NCBI GenBank assembly: GCA_050248855.1 | Contig: JBFWRP010000021.1 | Coordinates: 1-64,000, forward strand | DNA: 64,000 nt | Source of the DNA: Planctomycetota bacterium | Lineage (GTDB): Bacteria; Planctomycetota; PLA2; JAEUHO01 | Reading direction: 5' to 3' | Shown here: positions 47,515 through 56,399 of the stretch, one piece after another | Layout of the letters: every line of letters begins with the position of its first letter | Numbering within the stretch: the first letter of the stretch is position 1 | Notes under the pieces: generated by a model | What the model was told of the DNA's origin: nothing | What the model saw: only the letters and a program-made list of their open reading frames with translations | Database searches by the model: none | Program-made: the position numbers and the translations under genes

Positions 47515-47664
47515 GCGCCCGTGGACGTAGCGGCGGAGGCCGTCGGCGTCGTAGACGGCGTTGGAGAGCAACACGACGTACGTCCGGGTGTCGGGATCGA
47601 GCCACATCGAGCAGCCGCTGGCCCCGGTGTGCCCGAAGCTGCGCGGCCCGTCGCCCGCTGACGG
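47515..47664 (-). pseudogene. C-terminal fragment of a beta-lactamase-family serine hydrolase
   Basis: PRSFGHTGASGCSMWLDPDTRTYVVLLSN matches the family HTG..W.DP...VLL.N motif; rest of the gene absent. Confidence 0.7.
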
Positions 47665-49008
47665 TCAGCGCGCCGGCGGCTCGTAGGGAACGACTCCCTT
47701 GGGAAAGCCGTCGCGCAGGAGCGCTTCCGCGCGCCGGATCTGGGAGTCCGTGCCGGCGAGCAGCTCCTTGGCGTCGTAGACCACGACCTCGTTCGGCGGC
47801 ACACCCAGGCCCTCGATGCCCTTGCCCCCGTTGAAGCGCCCCTTGTTGCTGGACACCGAGACGCGGACGGCGAGCTTGCCGCTGGGCACCTCGAGGATCT
47901 CCTTCTGCGACGACATGCCTGCGGTCGGCTCGGGGCCGATCAAGTAGGCCCGCCCGTCCTCCTTGAACATGCCCGCGACGGTCTCGCCGGCGCTGCGTAC
48001 GCCGGCATCCACGATCACCACCAGCGGCCCCGTGAAGGGATGCGCACCTTGCCCCGTGTACTGCCGCCAGCGCGTACCGCTGGCCAGGAAGCGCCCGAAG
48101 ACGGCCTCGTGGTCGCAACCGCCTCCGCCGTTGGCGCGCATGTCCAGGACGAGGCCCGGCACGTCGCCGAGGGCGCCCAGCATCTCGTCCAGCTGCTGGG
48201 GCAGCTTGTCGGGCACGTCGCGAAGGTGGATGTAGCCGTAGCCGGAGGCCGTCTTCCCGTATGACTGGCGACCGACCTGCTTCAGGTCGGCGGGCGGGCA
48301 CGCCGGACCCGAGGGCGCGAAGTTGGGCCCGCCGCGCCGCGTGATCGTGACCTTCTTGCGGTCGCTTCCCTCGCGCAGCTCGAAGCGGATGGGCGTGCCC
48401 TCCCACGTGGCCAGCCCCCAATGGCAGGCAGCGTGCAGGGCGGCGTGGCGCGTGGAGTAGCCGTTCTTGTCGGCCAGCTCGTCGGCCTTCTTCTCGACCC
48501 AGGTGCGCGCGGGCACGTCGTCGATCTCGACGACCTGCATGCCGACCTTGACCCCCGCCTCCGCGGCTTCGCCGAATGCTTCGCCGACGAGCACCTCGTC
48601 GCCCGCCAGCACCAGGTGCACGCGTGGCCCCGTGAAGCGTCGCCCCTTGGCCTCGGCCTCGTTGGCGGCCCCAAGCGTCGCTTCGAGGTCCGGGGCCAGC
48701 TTGACGATGCCGGCGTGGCCGTCCTGGAGCCGTGCAAGGATGCGCTCGACGAGGCGGACGTACTCGACGGGGTCCCTCAGCTTCTTGGCCTCGCGCGCCA
48801 GCGACTTGGTGGCCTTCTTCCAGTCGATGTCCTTGTCCCGCAAGAGATCGCGCGCCTTCTTGGGCAGCTCCTCCAGGAGGAACTGCACGTCCTCGCGCAG
48901 CACGTCGGCCTCGCCGCGTGCGGCAGCCGGGCGGGCGGGGCCCGCACCCACGGCGACGGCCAGGACGAACACGGCCCTTCGCAGCGCCTTCACGTCCATG
49001 CGCCCCAT
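47665..49008 (-). CDS. S41 family (tail-specific) peptidase with PDZ-like domain
   Basis: Signal peptide; LQDGH, YGYIHL, LVLDMRANGGG, SAGE, GIEGLGVPPN. Confidence 0.92.
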   Translation of the reverse strand: MGRMDVKALRRAVFVLAVAVGAGPARPAAARGEADVLREDVQFLLEELPKKARDLLRDKDIDWKKATKSLAREAKKLRDPVEYVRLVERILARLQDGHAGIVKLAPDLEATLGAANEAEAKGRRFTGPRVHLVLAGDEVLVGEAFGEAAEAGVKVGMQVVEIDDVPARTWVEKKADELADKNGYSTRHAALHAACHWGLATWEGTPIRFELREGSDRKKVTITRRGGPNFAPSGPACPPADLKQVGRQSYGKTASGYGYIHLRDVPDKLPQQLDEMLGALGDVPGLVLDMRANGGGGCDHEAVFGRFLASGTRWRQYTGQGAHPFTGPLVVIVDAGVRSAGETVAGMFKEDGRAYLIGPEPTAGMSSQKEILEVPSGKLAVRVSVSSNKGRFNGGKGIEGLGVPPNEVVVYDAKELLAGTDSQIRRAEALLRDGFPKGVVPYEPPAR

Positions 49009-49168
49009 GTCGAGCCCTCCTCGTCGCGCGTGGTGGGCTGTCAGTGTGCCACGGTGTCGGACTACGCGGGGGCGGACATGCCAGGCAGCCTGGCAGGGCC
49101 GGACTCGGTAGACTCATGCGCGGAGGGCGCCGGGTCGGCCGTGGGGCGCTGCCTCCGAGGAGCCCCTC

Positions 49169-50677
49169 ATGGGCCTGCACCGCGTTCTGGGCTTCGTGGT
49201 CTTCCTCTCGTTTCCCCTGCTGGTCGCCTGTGGTGGCGGCGGTGGGGGCGGCGAGCCCGTGCCCGTGGTGCCGACGTCATGGATCGCCGTCGATCCGGGC
49301 CTCGGCTTCGACTACGCGCTGGGCATGGCCGCCGGGCCCGAGGACAGCACCTACGTCACGGGCTGGTTTCCCGGCTCCCACACCTGGGACCTCGGCAAGC
49401 CGTCCGAGCGCATGCGCACGGCCCTCGGCGAGAACGACGGGTACGTGGCGCGCCGCGATGCCTCGGGAGCTCTCGTGTGGTTGCAGCAGATCCTCGGCAC
49501 CTCGTTCGTGCAGCCGTCGGAGCCCATCACCCTCGCCGACGGTTCCTGCGTGGTGTTCGGGACGAGCTCGCAGCTCACGATCTTCGCTGCCGCGGAGGCC
49601 GAGCAGACGATCCTGGATGACGTCAACGCCTACTTCTTCGTGGCGCGCTATCTCCCCGACGGGACGCTGGCCTGGGTCCGCAAGATCGACGGCGCCGGCG
49701 ACGTGCGCGATTCGACGCTGTACGCCGACGGTACGTTCTCCGCATGCGGCCTGGGCTCGGGAACCATGGTGTTCGGGGCCGGTACACCCACGGAGACGAC
49801 GATCGTCTGCCCCTCCGGCTACTCCGACTGGGTTGCCCGCTACGACATCGACGGCAACCTCGTCTTCGCCACGTCGGCCACGAGCTGCCACGATAGCTCG
49901 ATCGGTAGCGCGGTGGCGGCCCTGCCGGACGGGACGACGATCGCCGCCGGGTCGTTCACGGGCACGGTCACGATCGCCCCGGGTACGGCCGCCGAGGAGA
50001 CGTTCACGGCGACGGGCTTCGACGACGGCTACGTCGTCCGCCTCGCGGCCACCGGCACGGTCCTCTGGGCCCGCCACCTGGCGGGCCCGCGGCGCGAGCT
50101 GCCGTACGGCGCGGCAGTCGCGCCCAACGGATCGGTGGCGCTCGTCGGGTCCTCCACCGGCGCGACCACGACGATCAACGCGGGCGAGCTCGACGCACAG
50201 ACCCTGACCGGGCCCGCGGACGGGTTCACGTTCCTCTGGCGCGTCGATGCCGGCGGAACGCCTCTCTGGACGGCGCAGGTCGACAATGCGCAGGGCGCCT
50301 TCGTGAACGTTGCGGACGTGGTTGCGTTCCCGGACAGCTCGCTCGGCCTCGTCGGCGCGGGATCGGGCACCGTCACCGTGGATCCCGGTGGCCCCGCCGA
50401 GCTGGCGCTGCCCGCCTTCGATGCCAGCGACATCCTCTTGGTCTTGTACGACGCTTCGGGTGCGCCGTTTGCCGCCCGCCGCGATGGAGGTGCAGGGTTC
50501 GTCTTCCGCGCCGAGGGCACGACGGCGTATCCCAACGGGTCCATCGGCTTTGCGGGCGCGTTCCAGGCCAGCTTCACCGTGGACCAGGGCGGGCCCGGCG
50601 AAACGACGTTCGCCGGCATCTCCGGCGACGACACGATCGTCATCAAGTACAACCCGGACTTGAGCCACGACGGGTAG
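49169..50677 (+). CDS. beta-propeller repeat lipoprotein
   Basis: GAGGAG RBS; LVAC-GGGGGGG; repeats YVTGWF, FVARYxxDGxLxWV. Confidence 0.85.
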   Translation: MGLHRVLGFVVFLSFPLLVACGGGGGGGEPVPVVPTSWIAVDPGLGFDYALGMAAGPEDSTYVTGWFPGSHTWDLGKPSERMRTALGENDGYVARRDASGALVWLQQILGTSFVQPSEPITLADGSCVVFGTSSQLTIFAAAEAEQTILDDVNAYFFVARYLPDGTLAWVRKIDGAGDVRDSTLYADGTFSACGLGSGTMVFGAGTPTETTIVCPSGYSDWVARYDIDGNLVFATSATSCHDSSIGSAVAALPDGTTIAAGSFTGTVTIAPGTAAEETFTATGFDDGYVVRLAATGTVLWARHLAGPRRELPYGAAVAPNGSVALVGSSTGATTTINAGELDAQTLTGPADGFTFLWRVDAGGTPLWTAQVDNAQGAFVNVADVVAFPDSSLGLVGAGSGTVTVDPGGPAELALPAFDASDILLVLYDASGAPFAARRDGGAGFVFRAEGTTAYPNGSIGFAGAFQASFTVDQGGPGETTFAGISGDDTIVIKYNPDLSHDG

Positions 50678-50698
50678 CAGGCGCTGCCGGGGGCCCGC

Positions 50699-51823
50699 CT
50701 ACGATGCGGCGATCAGCTGGTCCCGAGCGTCGTCCGACAGGGTCCACGTCATCGTGAACGGACGCCCCGAAGCGGCCGTGCCCAGGGCGCCGTTCTGGAC
50801 GCCGGCCCGCGCGTAGACGTCGCGAAGCAGCGAGACGAACCGCTCGCGCTCGCGCCGCACGCGCTCGAGCGTGCGTTCGCGGATCTCCTCGGGGGCCAAG
50901 CCGCGCTCCCGTTGGGCCGCCACCGCATCGGCGATCGCCCGCGGTTCAGGCGCGGCCGTCACGCAGCACACGCCATCCGCGAAGAAGTCGCGGCCTCCCC
51001 GGTTGGGCGTCGTGACGACCGGGAGGCCGGCGAGCAGGTACTCGACGCAGGAGAACATGGAGCCTTCCGTCTCGGACAGGCAGAGGCCCACGGCGGCGCG
51101 GTTGAGGTGGCGGTTGACCTCCTCGGGCGGGAAGCGCACGGGCCAGCCCGCTGCGTCGTAGGGGTTCAGGAACACGTGCCCTGGCGCCGCCGCCAGGTGG
51201 CGCGCGACCAGCGCCCGCTCCGCGGCCTCGGTCGAGCCGTACGCGTGGCGGCTGCGGTAGAAGAGGAACGCACAGCGCGGGATGGCCACCGCCAGCTCGT
51301 GCCGCTTCCACGGAACGAGCTGGGCGTTGTAGATGGCATCGAACTCGACGCGTGCCTCGGGGAGCGGGCGAAACACGTCCTCGCGGACGTGGGTGGTCTT
51401 GTTGTGGACGAAGGCCGCCTCGCCTCGCGCGCGCAGCAGGGCGGCTTCTTCCTCCGTGCTGCAGACGAACACCAGGCGGTGGTGCCGGTTGCGCCAGCGA
51501 TGGAGGATCGCGTACCGGCGCGTGCGTCGCGCGATGGCCTCGTCCTCCAGCGTCCACGTGGGCGACAGGAGGAACCACGCCGGTGCCTTGCGCATCGCGC
51601 GACCCAGCAGGCCGGCGGGGCCCAAGGGCGCATCGGGCACGATGCCGCCGTACACGACCAGCGGCTCGCGGTGCACGATGGCCAGCGGGACGGGGAACGG
51701 GTCCGTCGGCGCGCGCTCGAGAGGCAGCTTGCCCCGGCGCCAGCGCATCCACACGTCATGAAGCTCGCGCGGGGAAGCGCGACGGAAGCCCAGGTCCTCC
51801 AGCCGGCTCGGCGGCCTGCTCAT
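50699..51823 (-). CDS. glycosyltransferase (GT-B, GT4-like)
   Basis: FDAIYNA..WKRHELA, GLCLSETEG..EYLLAGLPVVTT..GGR; ATGA overlap with ECF stop. Confidence 0.82.
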   Translation of the reverse strand: MSRPPSRLEDLGFRRASPRELHDVWMRWRRGKLPLERAPTDPFPVPLAIVHREPLVVYGGIVPDAPLGPAGLLGRAMRKAPAWFLLSPTWTLEDEAIARRTRRYAILHRWRNRHHRLVFVCSTEEEAALLRARGEAAFVHNKTTHVREDVFRPLPEARVEFDAIYNAQLVPWKRHELAVAIPRCAFLFYRSRHAYGSTEAAERALVARHLAAAPGHVFLNPYDAAGWPVRFPPEEVNRHLNRAAVGLCLSETEGSMFSCVEYLLAGLPVVTTPNRGGRDFFADGVCCVTAAPEPRAIADAVAAQRERGLAPEEIRERTLERVRRERERFVSLLRDVYARAGVQNGALGTAASGRPFTMTWTLSDDARDQLIAAS

Positions 51824-52383
51824 GCCAGCTGGTCCTGGAGCCAGGCGCGGGCGAAGTACCAATCGCCCTCCGCCGTGCGCTTGGACACGCCAGGCGCCTC
51901 GGCGATCTCCTCGAGGGTCATCTCGGCGAACAGGCGCAGCTCGACGACGCGTGCCTTGCGATCGTCGAGCGCCGCCAAGCGGTCCATGGCCTCGCCCAGG
52001 GCGATCACGTCCAGCGGGCTCGGGCCGCCGAGCTCCGGAACGCGCTCGATGGTGATGGCCTCGTGCTCGCCCGTCCGCTTCTTGGCGTTCTTCCGGCGGG
52101 CGTGGTCGACCAGCACCTGGCGCATGACGCGCACCGCGATGGCCAGGAAGTGGGCGCGGTCCTTCCACGTGCTCTGCCGGGTGTCCACGAGGCGCAGGTA
52201 GGCCTCGTGGACGACCGCGGTCGGCTGCAACGTGTGGTTGGCACGCTCGCGGCCGAACTGGCGCTGGGCCACGCCGCGCAGGTCCTCGTACACGAGCGGG
52301 AAGTGCGCCTCGGCCGCGCGGACATCGCCCGCGCCCATCCGACGGAGCGGCGCCGTGATCTCGTCGCGCGGGGTGCCGGGCAT
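51820..52383 (-). CDS. ECF-type sigma factor (TIGR02999-like, kinase-associated type)
   Basis: LVYEDLR, HTLQPTAVVHEAYLRL, RAHFLAIA, MRQVLVDHARRKNAKKR, VVELRLF, DWYFARAWL. Confidence 0.93.
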   Translation of the reverse strand: MPGTPRDEITAPLRRMGAGDVRAAEAHFPLVYEDLRGVAQRQFGRERANHTLQPTAVVHEAYLRLVDTRQSTWKDRAHFLAIAVRVMRQVLVDHARRKNAKKRTGEHEAITIERVPELGGPSPLDVIALGEAMDRLAALDDRKARVVELRLFAEMTLEEIAEAPGVSKRTAEGDWYFARAWLQDQLA

Positions 52384-52413
52384 GGCGGCACTCTACCTGC
52401 GAGCCGCTGGCGG

Positions 52414-53133
52414 GTGGCGCTGAAGGTGCTTCGCGCCGGCCTGTCCGGCCCCGAGATGGCCCGTCGCTTCGAGCGCGAGTGCCAGACGCTGGCCCGCCTG
52501 GTCCATCCGGGCATCGCGCAGGTCCACGACGCGGGCGTCACGGTGGACGGCCGACCCTACGTCGTCCTGGAGTACGTCGACGGCAAGCCCATCCACCTCT
52601 TTGCGCGCGAACACCGGCTGGACCTCGCGGCGCGCCTCCAGCTGTTCATCGACGTCTGCCGCGCCGGGGAGTTCGCCCACCAGAAGGGGGTCATCCACCG
52701 CGACCTGAAGCCCGGCAACATCCTCGTGACGACCGTGGACGGAGTGCCCCGACCCAAGGTGATCGACTTCGGGATCGCCAAGGTCGTGGACGACGACGAG
52801 GCCGCGCGCGAGTCGTTGACCGAGCTCACCCTGGCCGGTGCCGTCGTGGGGACGCCCGCCTACATGAGCCCCGAGCAGGCGCTGTCGGGCTCGGACACGC
52901 TCGACACGCTCCCGGGTCACCTCAACATCGCGGACGCGAGCGTGGTGCGCAACCGCGAGACGTGGGCGGGCAACGCTTGGGAGGCGCTGGACGACGGGTA
53001 CGTCATCCATGCGCCCGTCGGCACGTTCCCGGCCAATCCGTACGGCCTGCACGAAACGTTGGGCAACGTGTGTGAGTGGTGCCTGGACCGCTGCGGGACG
53101 TACGAGGGCCCCGCCCGCGCCATCGAACGCTAG
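52414..53133 (+). pseudogene. Ser/Thr kinase fragment fused to an FGE-sulfatase domain fragment
   Basis: VALK, HRDLKPGN, DFGIAK, GTPAYMSPEQ present but no Gly loop or subdomains IX-XI; joined to APVGTFPANPYGLHETLGNVCEWC. Confidence 0.85.
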
Positions 53134-53151
53134 CCGCCCGCCAGCGACTCA

Positions 53152-53743
53152 CGAGGCGCGCGGAGGTGTCTGAACCTGTGCCTCGGAGCGATAGCGACGG
53201 TGGCACGGTGTCAGACACCGCAGTGCGACGGTCGCCGGCGATCGAACCGCGACACTCCCACCCGTCGAGCACGACCCCTACGTGTCAGTTCTTCATGCCG
53301 ACGGCAAAGCCCGTACGGAGGCGGGCAATTCTTCCGCAACTTGCCGATGGGCACTTCCGCATGCCGAAGCGCAGGGCGGCAAGTTGCGGAAGAAATCCCC
53401 GCCTCCGTACCGCGTCTCGATGCGCGCGGCACCCCCTCCCATGGAAGCGTGGCTGTTCTGTCCGAGCCCGGACTTCAGGCACCTTCCATTGCAGGCACCT
53501 TGCCCACGTTGCTCCCTCGGTCAACGAGGCGAGTCTCGGATGTGCCTTGCGTTGCCCGTGGAGGGACGACGCTCTCGCTTGCGTTCCGCGCTCCCGCGCG
53601 GACTCGGTGCTCCGGCTTCGCCTGCGCAGCAGGACGGCTATTCCGTACCCCTCCTGCACCTCTCACGGTGCGGCGCCGCGGCAAGGGTCCAGACACATCC
53701 GGGGTCGCGCGCTGTCGTACTGCGAGGCGCGCGGAGGTGTCTG
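53152..53743. repeat. mosaic REP/REPIN-like cluster (copy 2) bounded by 21-bp direct repeats
   Basis: CGAGGCGCGCGGAGGTGTCTG at 53152 and 53723; hairpin 53165-53219; element A 53313-53410; blocks shared with 15588-15821. Confidence 0.9.
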
Positions 53744-53794
53744 GTCGATCGCGCCGGGAGCGGGGGCGAGGGAAGACGATCCTCGCGGAGGCCG

Positions 53795-54772
53795 CTAGCG
53801 CTCCATGGCCATGCCGGTCGCGCAGATGCTCTGCCCCGCTTGTTGCGCATCCCGAGCGGCTCGCGTGGCCCCACTGGCTTCGCCGTCGCGCAAGGCCCGG
53901 CGGATGCCGATGGCGTCGAGGCGCCGTAGCCGCGGGAGCAGGCGGCCTACACGGACGGTGAAGCGCCGTCGCCAGCCGAGGTGGGCCGCAAGGCGGCCGA
54001 GTCGCTCGCGATCGGCCTCCAAGTTCATCCGGATCAGGCGCGACACGGTGGCCTCACCGGGCTCCATCCACGCGGCCTCGGGCAGCGCCGGGTTGATCCA
54101 GCACGCCGCGACCAGGTCGTAGCCGCGCCGGAAGCGCTCCTTGCGCAGGTCGGGCAGCTGATGCAGCGCGAAGGCCTCGGGGAAGCAGCGGATGCGATAC
54201 CCCTGCCGGAGCAGCAGCTGGGCGTGCTGGTAGCAGTTGCAGCGCATGACCTCCAGCGACGGCCGGATCCTGCGTCGCAGCTCCGCGGGGAAGGCCACGT
54301 TGTTCGAGGCGTAGCAGCCGATCGATCCCGAGCCCTCGGGGCTCAGCAAGAACCCGAAGTCGAGTACGCTGCACGCGGCCGAGAGGGGATCGGAGCCGGC
54401 GTAGGTCGTGAGGCCCGCAGCGACGTCGGTCTCGCCGCGGCGCAGGGGTCCCAGCAGCTGCTCGAGCCAGTCGGCTCGCGTAGGTACGCAGTCGCCGTCC
54501 AAGTAGGCGATGAACGTTCCGCGCGCTTCGTCGGCCGCGAGGTCCTTCAAGGCGTCGTAGCCGGCACCGTCCGCGTAGAGCAGACGCAGGCGCGGATGCC
54601 TGCCCTTCACCAGGGCCTCGACCCGCGGGTCCGTGCCCGGCGCGAGGACGATTCCTTCGCGGTCGTCGTGCCCCTCGATCAAGGCCAACACGGTGTTCGT
54701 GGCGGTCTCGAGCTCGTCGAGGCCCTGGCCTTCCGCTAGGTTGTAGGCCTCGGTCACGATGGTCACGTCCAT
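53795..54772 (-). CDS. glycosyltransferase family 2
   Basis: MDVTIVTEAYN, ARGTFIAYLDGDC, NNVAF; ATG 7 nt after TAGAAT. Confidence 0.85.
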   Translation of the reverse strand: MDVTIVTEAYNLAEGQGLDELETATNTVLALIEGHDDREGIVLAPGTDPRVEALVKGRHPRLRLLYADGAGYDALKDLAADEARGTFIAYLDGDCVPTRADWLEQLLGPLRRGETDVAAGLTTYAGSDPLSAACSVLDFGFLLSPEGSGSIGCYASNNVAFPAELRRRIRPSLEVMRCNCYQHAQLLLRQGYRIRCFPEAFALHQLPDLRKERFRRGYDLVAACWINPALPEAAWMEPGEATVSRLIRMNLEADRERLGRLAAHLGWRRRFTVRVGRLLPRLRRLDAIGIRRALRDGEASGATRAARDAQQAGQSICATGMAMER

Positions 54773-54845
54773 GGGTCGGATTCTAGGAAGCGTTCCCGCG
54801 CCTTGCCTCGCGCGACGCCCAGCCCAGCGTGGCGAGGGGACGTCG

Positions 54846-55520
54846 TCAGCGGCGCCGGGGGGAGGTGCGTGCCTGCCGGATCCGGTACACGCAACGGTCG
54901 TCGTCAGCGAGCAGGTGCTCGATGCGCTCCACCTCGATGCCCGGGCCCAGCGTGCGACGGAAGACCTCGAGCTCGCTCCGACACAGACCCACGCATGCCG
55001 CGGCGGCCTCGCAGATCGGGCAGTGATGCTCGATGAGGAGCCACGAGCGGGGCCCCTCGCGTTGGACTTCGGCCATGTACCCCTCGCGGGTCCGCTGGCG
55101 GGCCAGGGCATCGATGCGCGACCGCAGGCCCCGCGTGGCGGCGGGCATGCGGGCGACGTACTGGCGCACCTGCGCATCGGCCCGTTGGTCGAGCACGGCG
55201 TCCAGGGCACGCTCGCCCAATGCCTCGCGCAGCGCCTGGACCAAGCCGACCGTGAGCTCGCCATGTCGATCCGGGAAGAGGCGCAGCGCCTGCGCGGTCA
55301 GACGCCAGGCCTGGGCGGGGCGCCCGCGCCCGGCGGCTGCCTGGGTCTCGGAGCCCACGAGCCCGAGCGCTTCCAGACGCTTGAGGTGCTGTCGAACGGC
55401 AACCACCGTCAGGTCGAGCTGCTCCGCGATGTCCGCGGGCGTGGCGGGAGCGCAGCGCTTCAGGACATCGGCCACCCGCCGCGGGCCGGCGCCGGGATCG
55501 TCGGGGAGGTCGCCAGGCAC
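54846..55520 (-). CDS. ArsR-type HTH regulator, SufR-like with C-terminal Cys motif
   Basis: DIAEQLDLTVVAVRQHL, GRPA, FPDRHGEL, EHHCPIC...LCRSE...C. Confidence 0.9.
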   Translation of the reverse strand: MPGDLPDDPGAGPRRVADVLKRCAPATPADIAEQLDLTVVAVRQHLKRLEALGLVGSETQAAAGRGRPAQAWRLTAQALRLFPDRHGELTVGLVQALREALGERALDAVLDQRADAQVRQYVARMPAATRGLRSRIDALARQRTREGYMAEVQREGPRSWLLIEHHCPICEAAAACVGLCRSELEVFRRTLGPGIEVERIEHLLADDDRCVYRIRQARTSPRRR

Positions 55521-55550
55521 GATCGCCACGATAGGCGCACCCTCTTGAAT

Positions 55551-55570
55551 AGGAAAGTATCTGCTTTCCT
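55551..55570. promoter_or_regulatory. palindromic operator between divergent regulator and VOC genes
   Basis: AGGAAAG-N6-CTTTCCT in an AT-rich island. Confidence 0.7.
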
Positions 55571-55618
55571 TGATCGAGCTGGGGAAGCACGATGGCCCTC
55601 CGCTTGAAAGGAGGCGTG

Positions 55619-55993
55619 ATGCAGCTCGAACACGTGAACCTGACGGTGGCGGACGTGGAGCGCTCGGTCGCGTTCTACGGGCGCTTGCTCGGCGCCGAGG
55701 TGCGCTGGCGTGGCACCACGACCAACGGCAAGCCGGCCGTGCACATCGGTGGGGCGGACTGGTACCTGGCCCTCTTCGAGGGTGAGCCGGCTCCGGTGCC
55801 CATCGACTACGACCGCGTGGGCTACAACCACTTCGGCGTGGTCGTGGACGATCTCGACACCGCGCGGCGAACCCTGGCCGAGCTGGGCATCGACATCCAC
55901 TACGAGCCGGAGTACGACCCCGGTCGGCGCGTCTACTTCCTCGATCCCGACGGCTACGAAGTCGAGCTGGTGGAGTACGCCGCGAAGGTGTGA
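55619..55993 (+). CDS. VOC/glyoxalase family protein
   Basis: AAAGGAGG RBS; LEHVNLTV, NHFGVVV, YFLDPDGYEVELV. Confidence 0.93.
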   Translation: MQLEHVNLTVADVERSVAFYGRLLGAEVRWRGTTTNGKPAVHIGGADWYLALFEGEPAPVPIDYDRVGYNHFGVVVDDLDTARRTLAELGIDIHYEPEYDPGRRVYFLDPDGYEVELVEYAAKV

Positions 55994-56399
55994 CCCCCGC
56001 AAGGTACGGAGGCGGGACAAGTTGTTGCACGCACGCGGCGTGAGCGGGCCACGGCCCCCCCCGTGGACACGTCACGCGCGAACGGAGGTTGCAGCGAGCT
56101 TCGCGCCTCCGCACGTCCATGGTCGCGACCTCCGGCACGCCCCCCGCCAGCCGCGATGAAGCCGGCCTACCATCGGCCCGGAACCGAGATGCCCGCGATG
56201 GACCTCGAGCGCCGCGTCCCGAAGCGCTTCCCGGCGCTCGAGGAGCCCTCCCCGAAGGCCGCGCGGGAGGAGGCCGCGGCGCTGCGCGAAGCGCACGCAC
56301 CCCTGCAGCGGCACGGCGCCGGGGTTGATGCGGGGCTCGACGATCGGGGCGCTGCTCGGGGGCTCAGCGCTCTCCAGCGACTCCCGCGTCGGCGACGCC

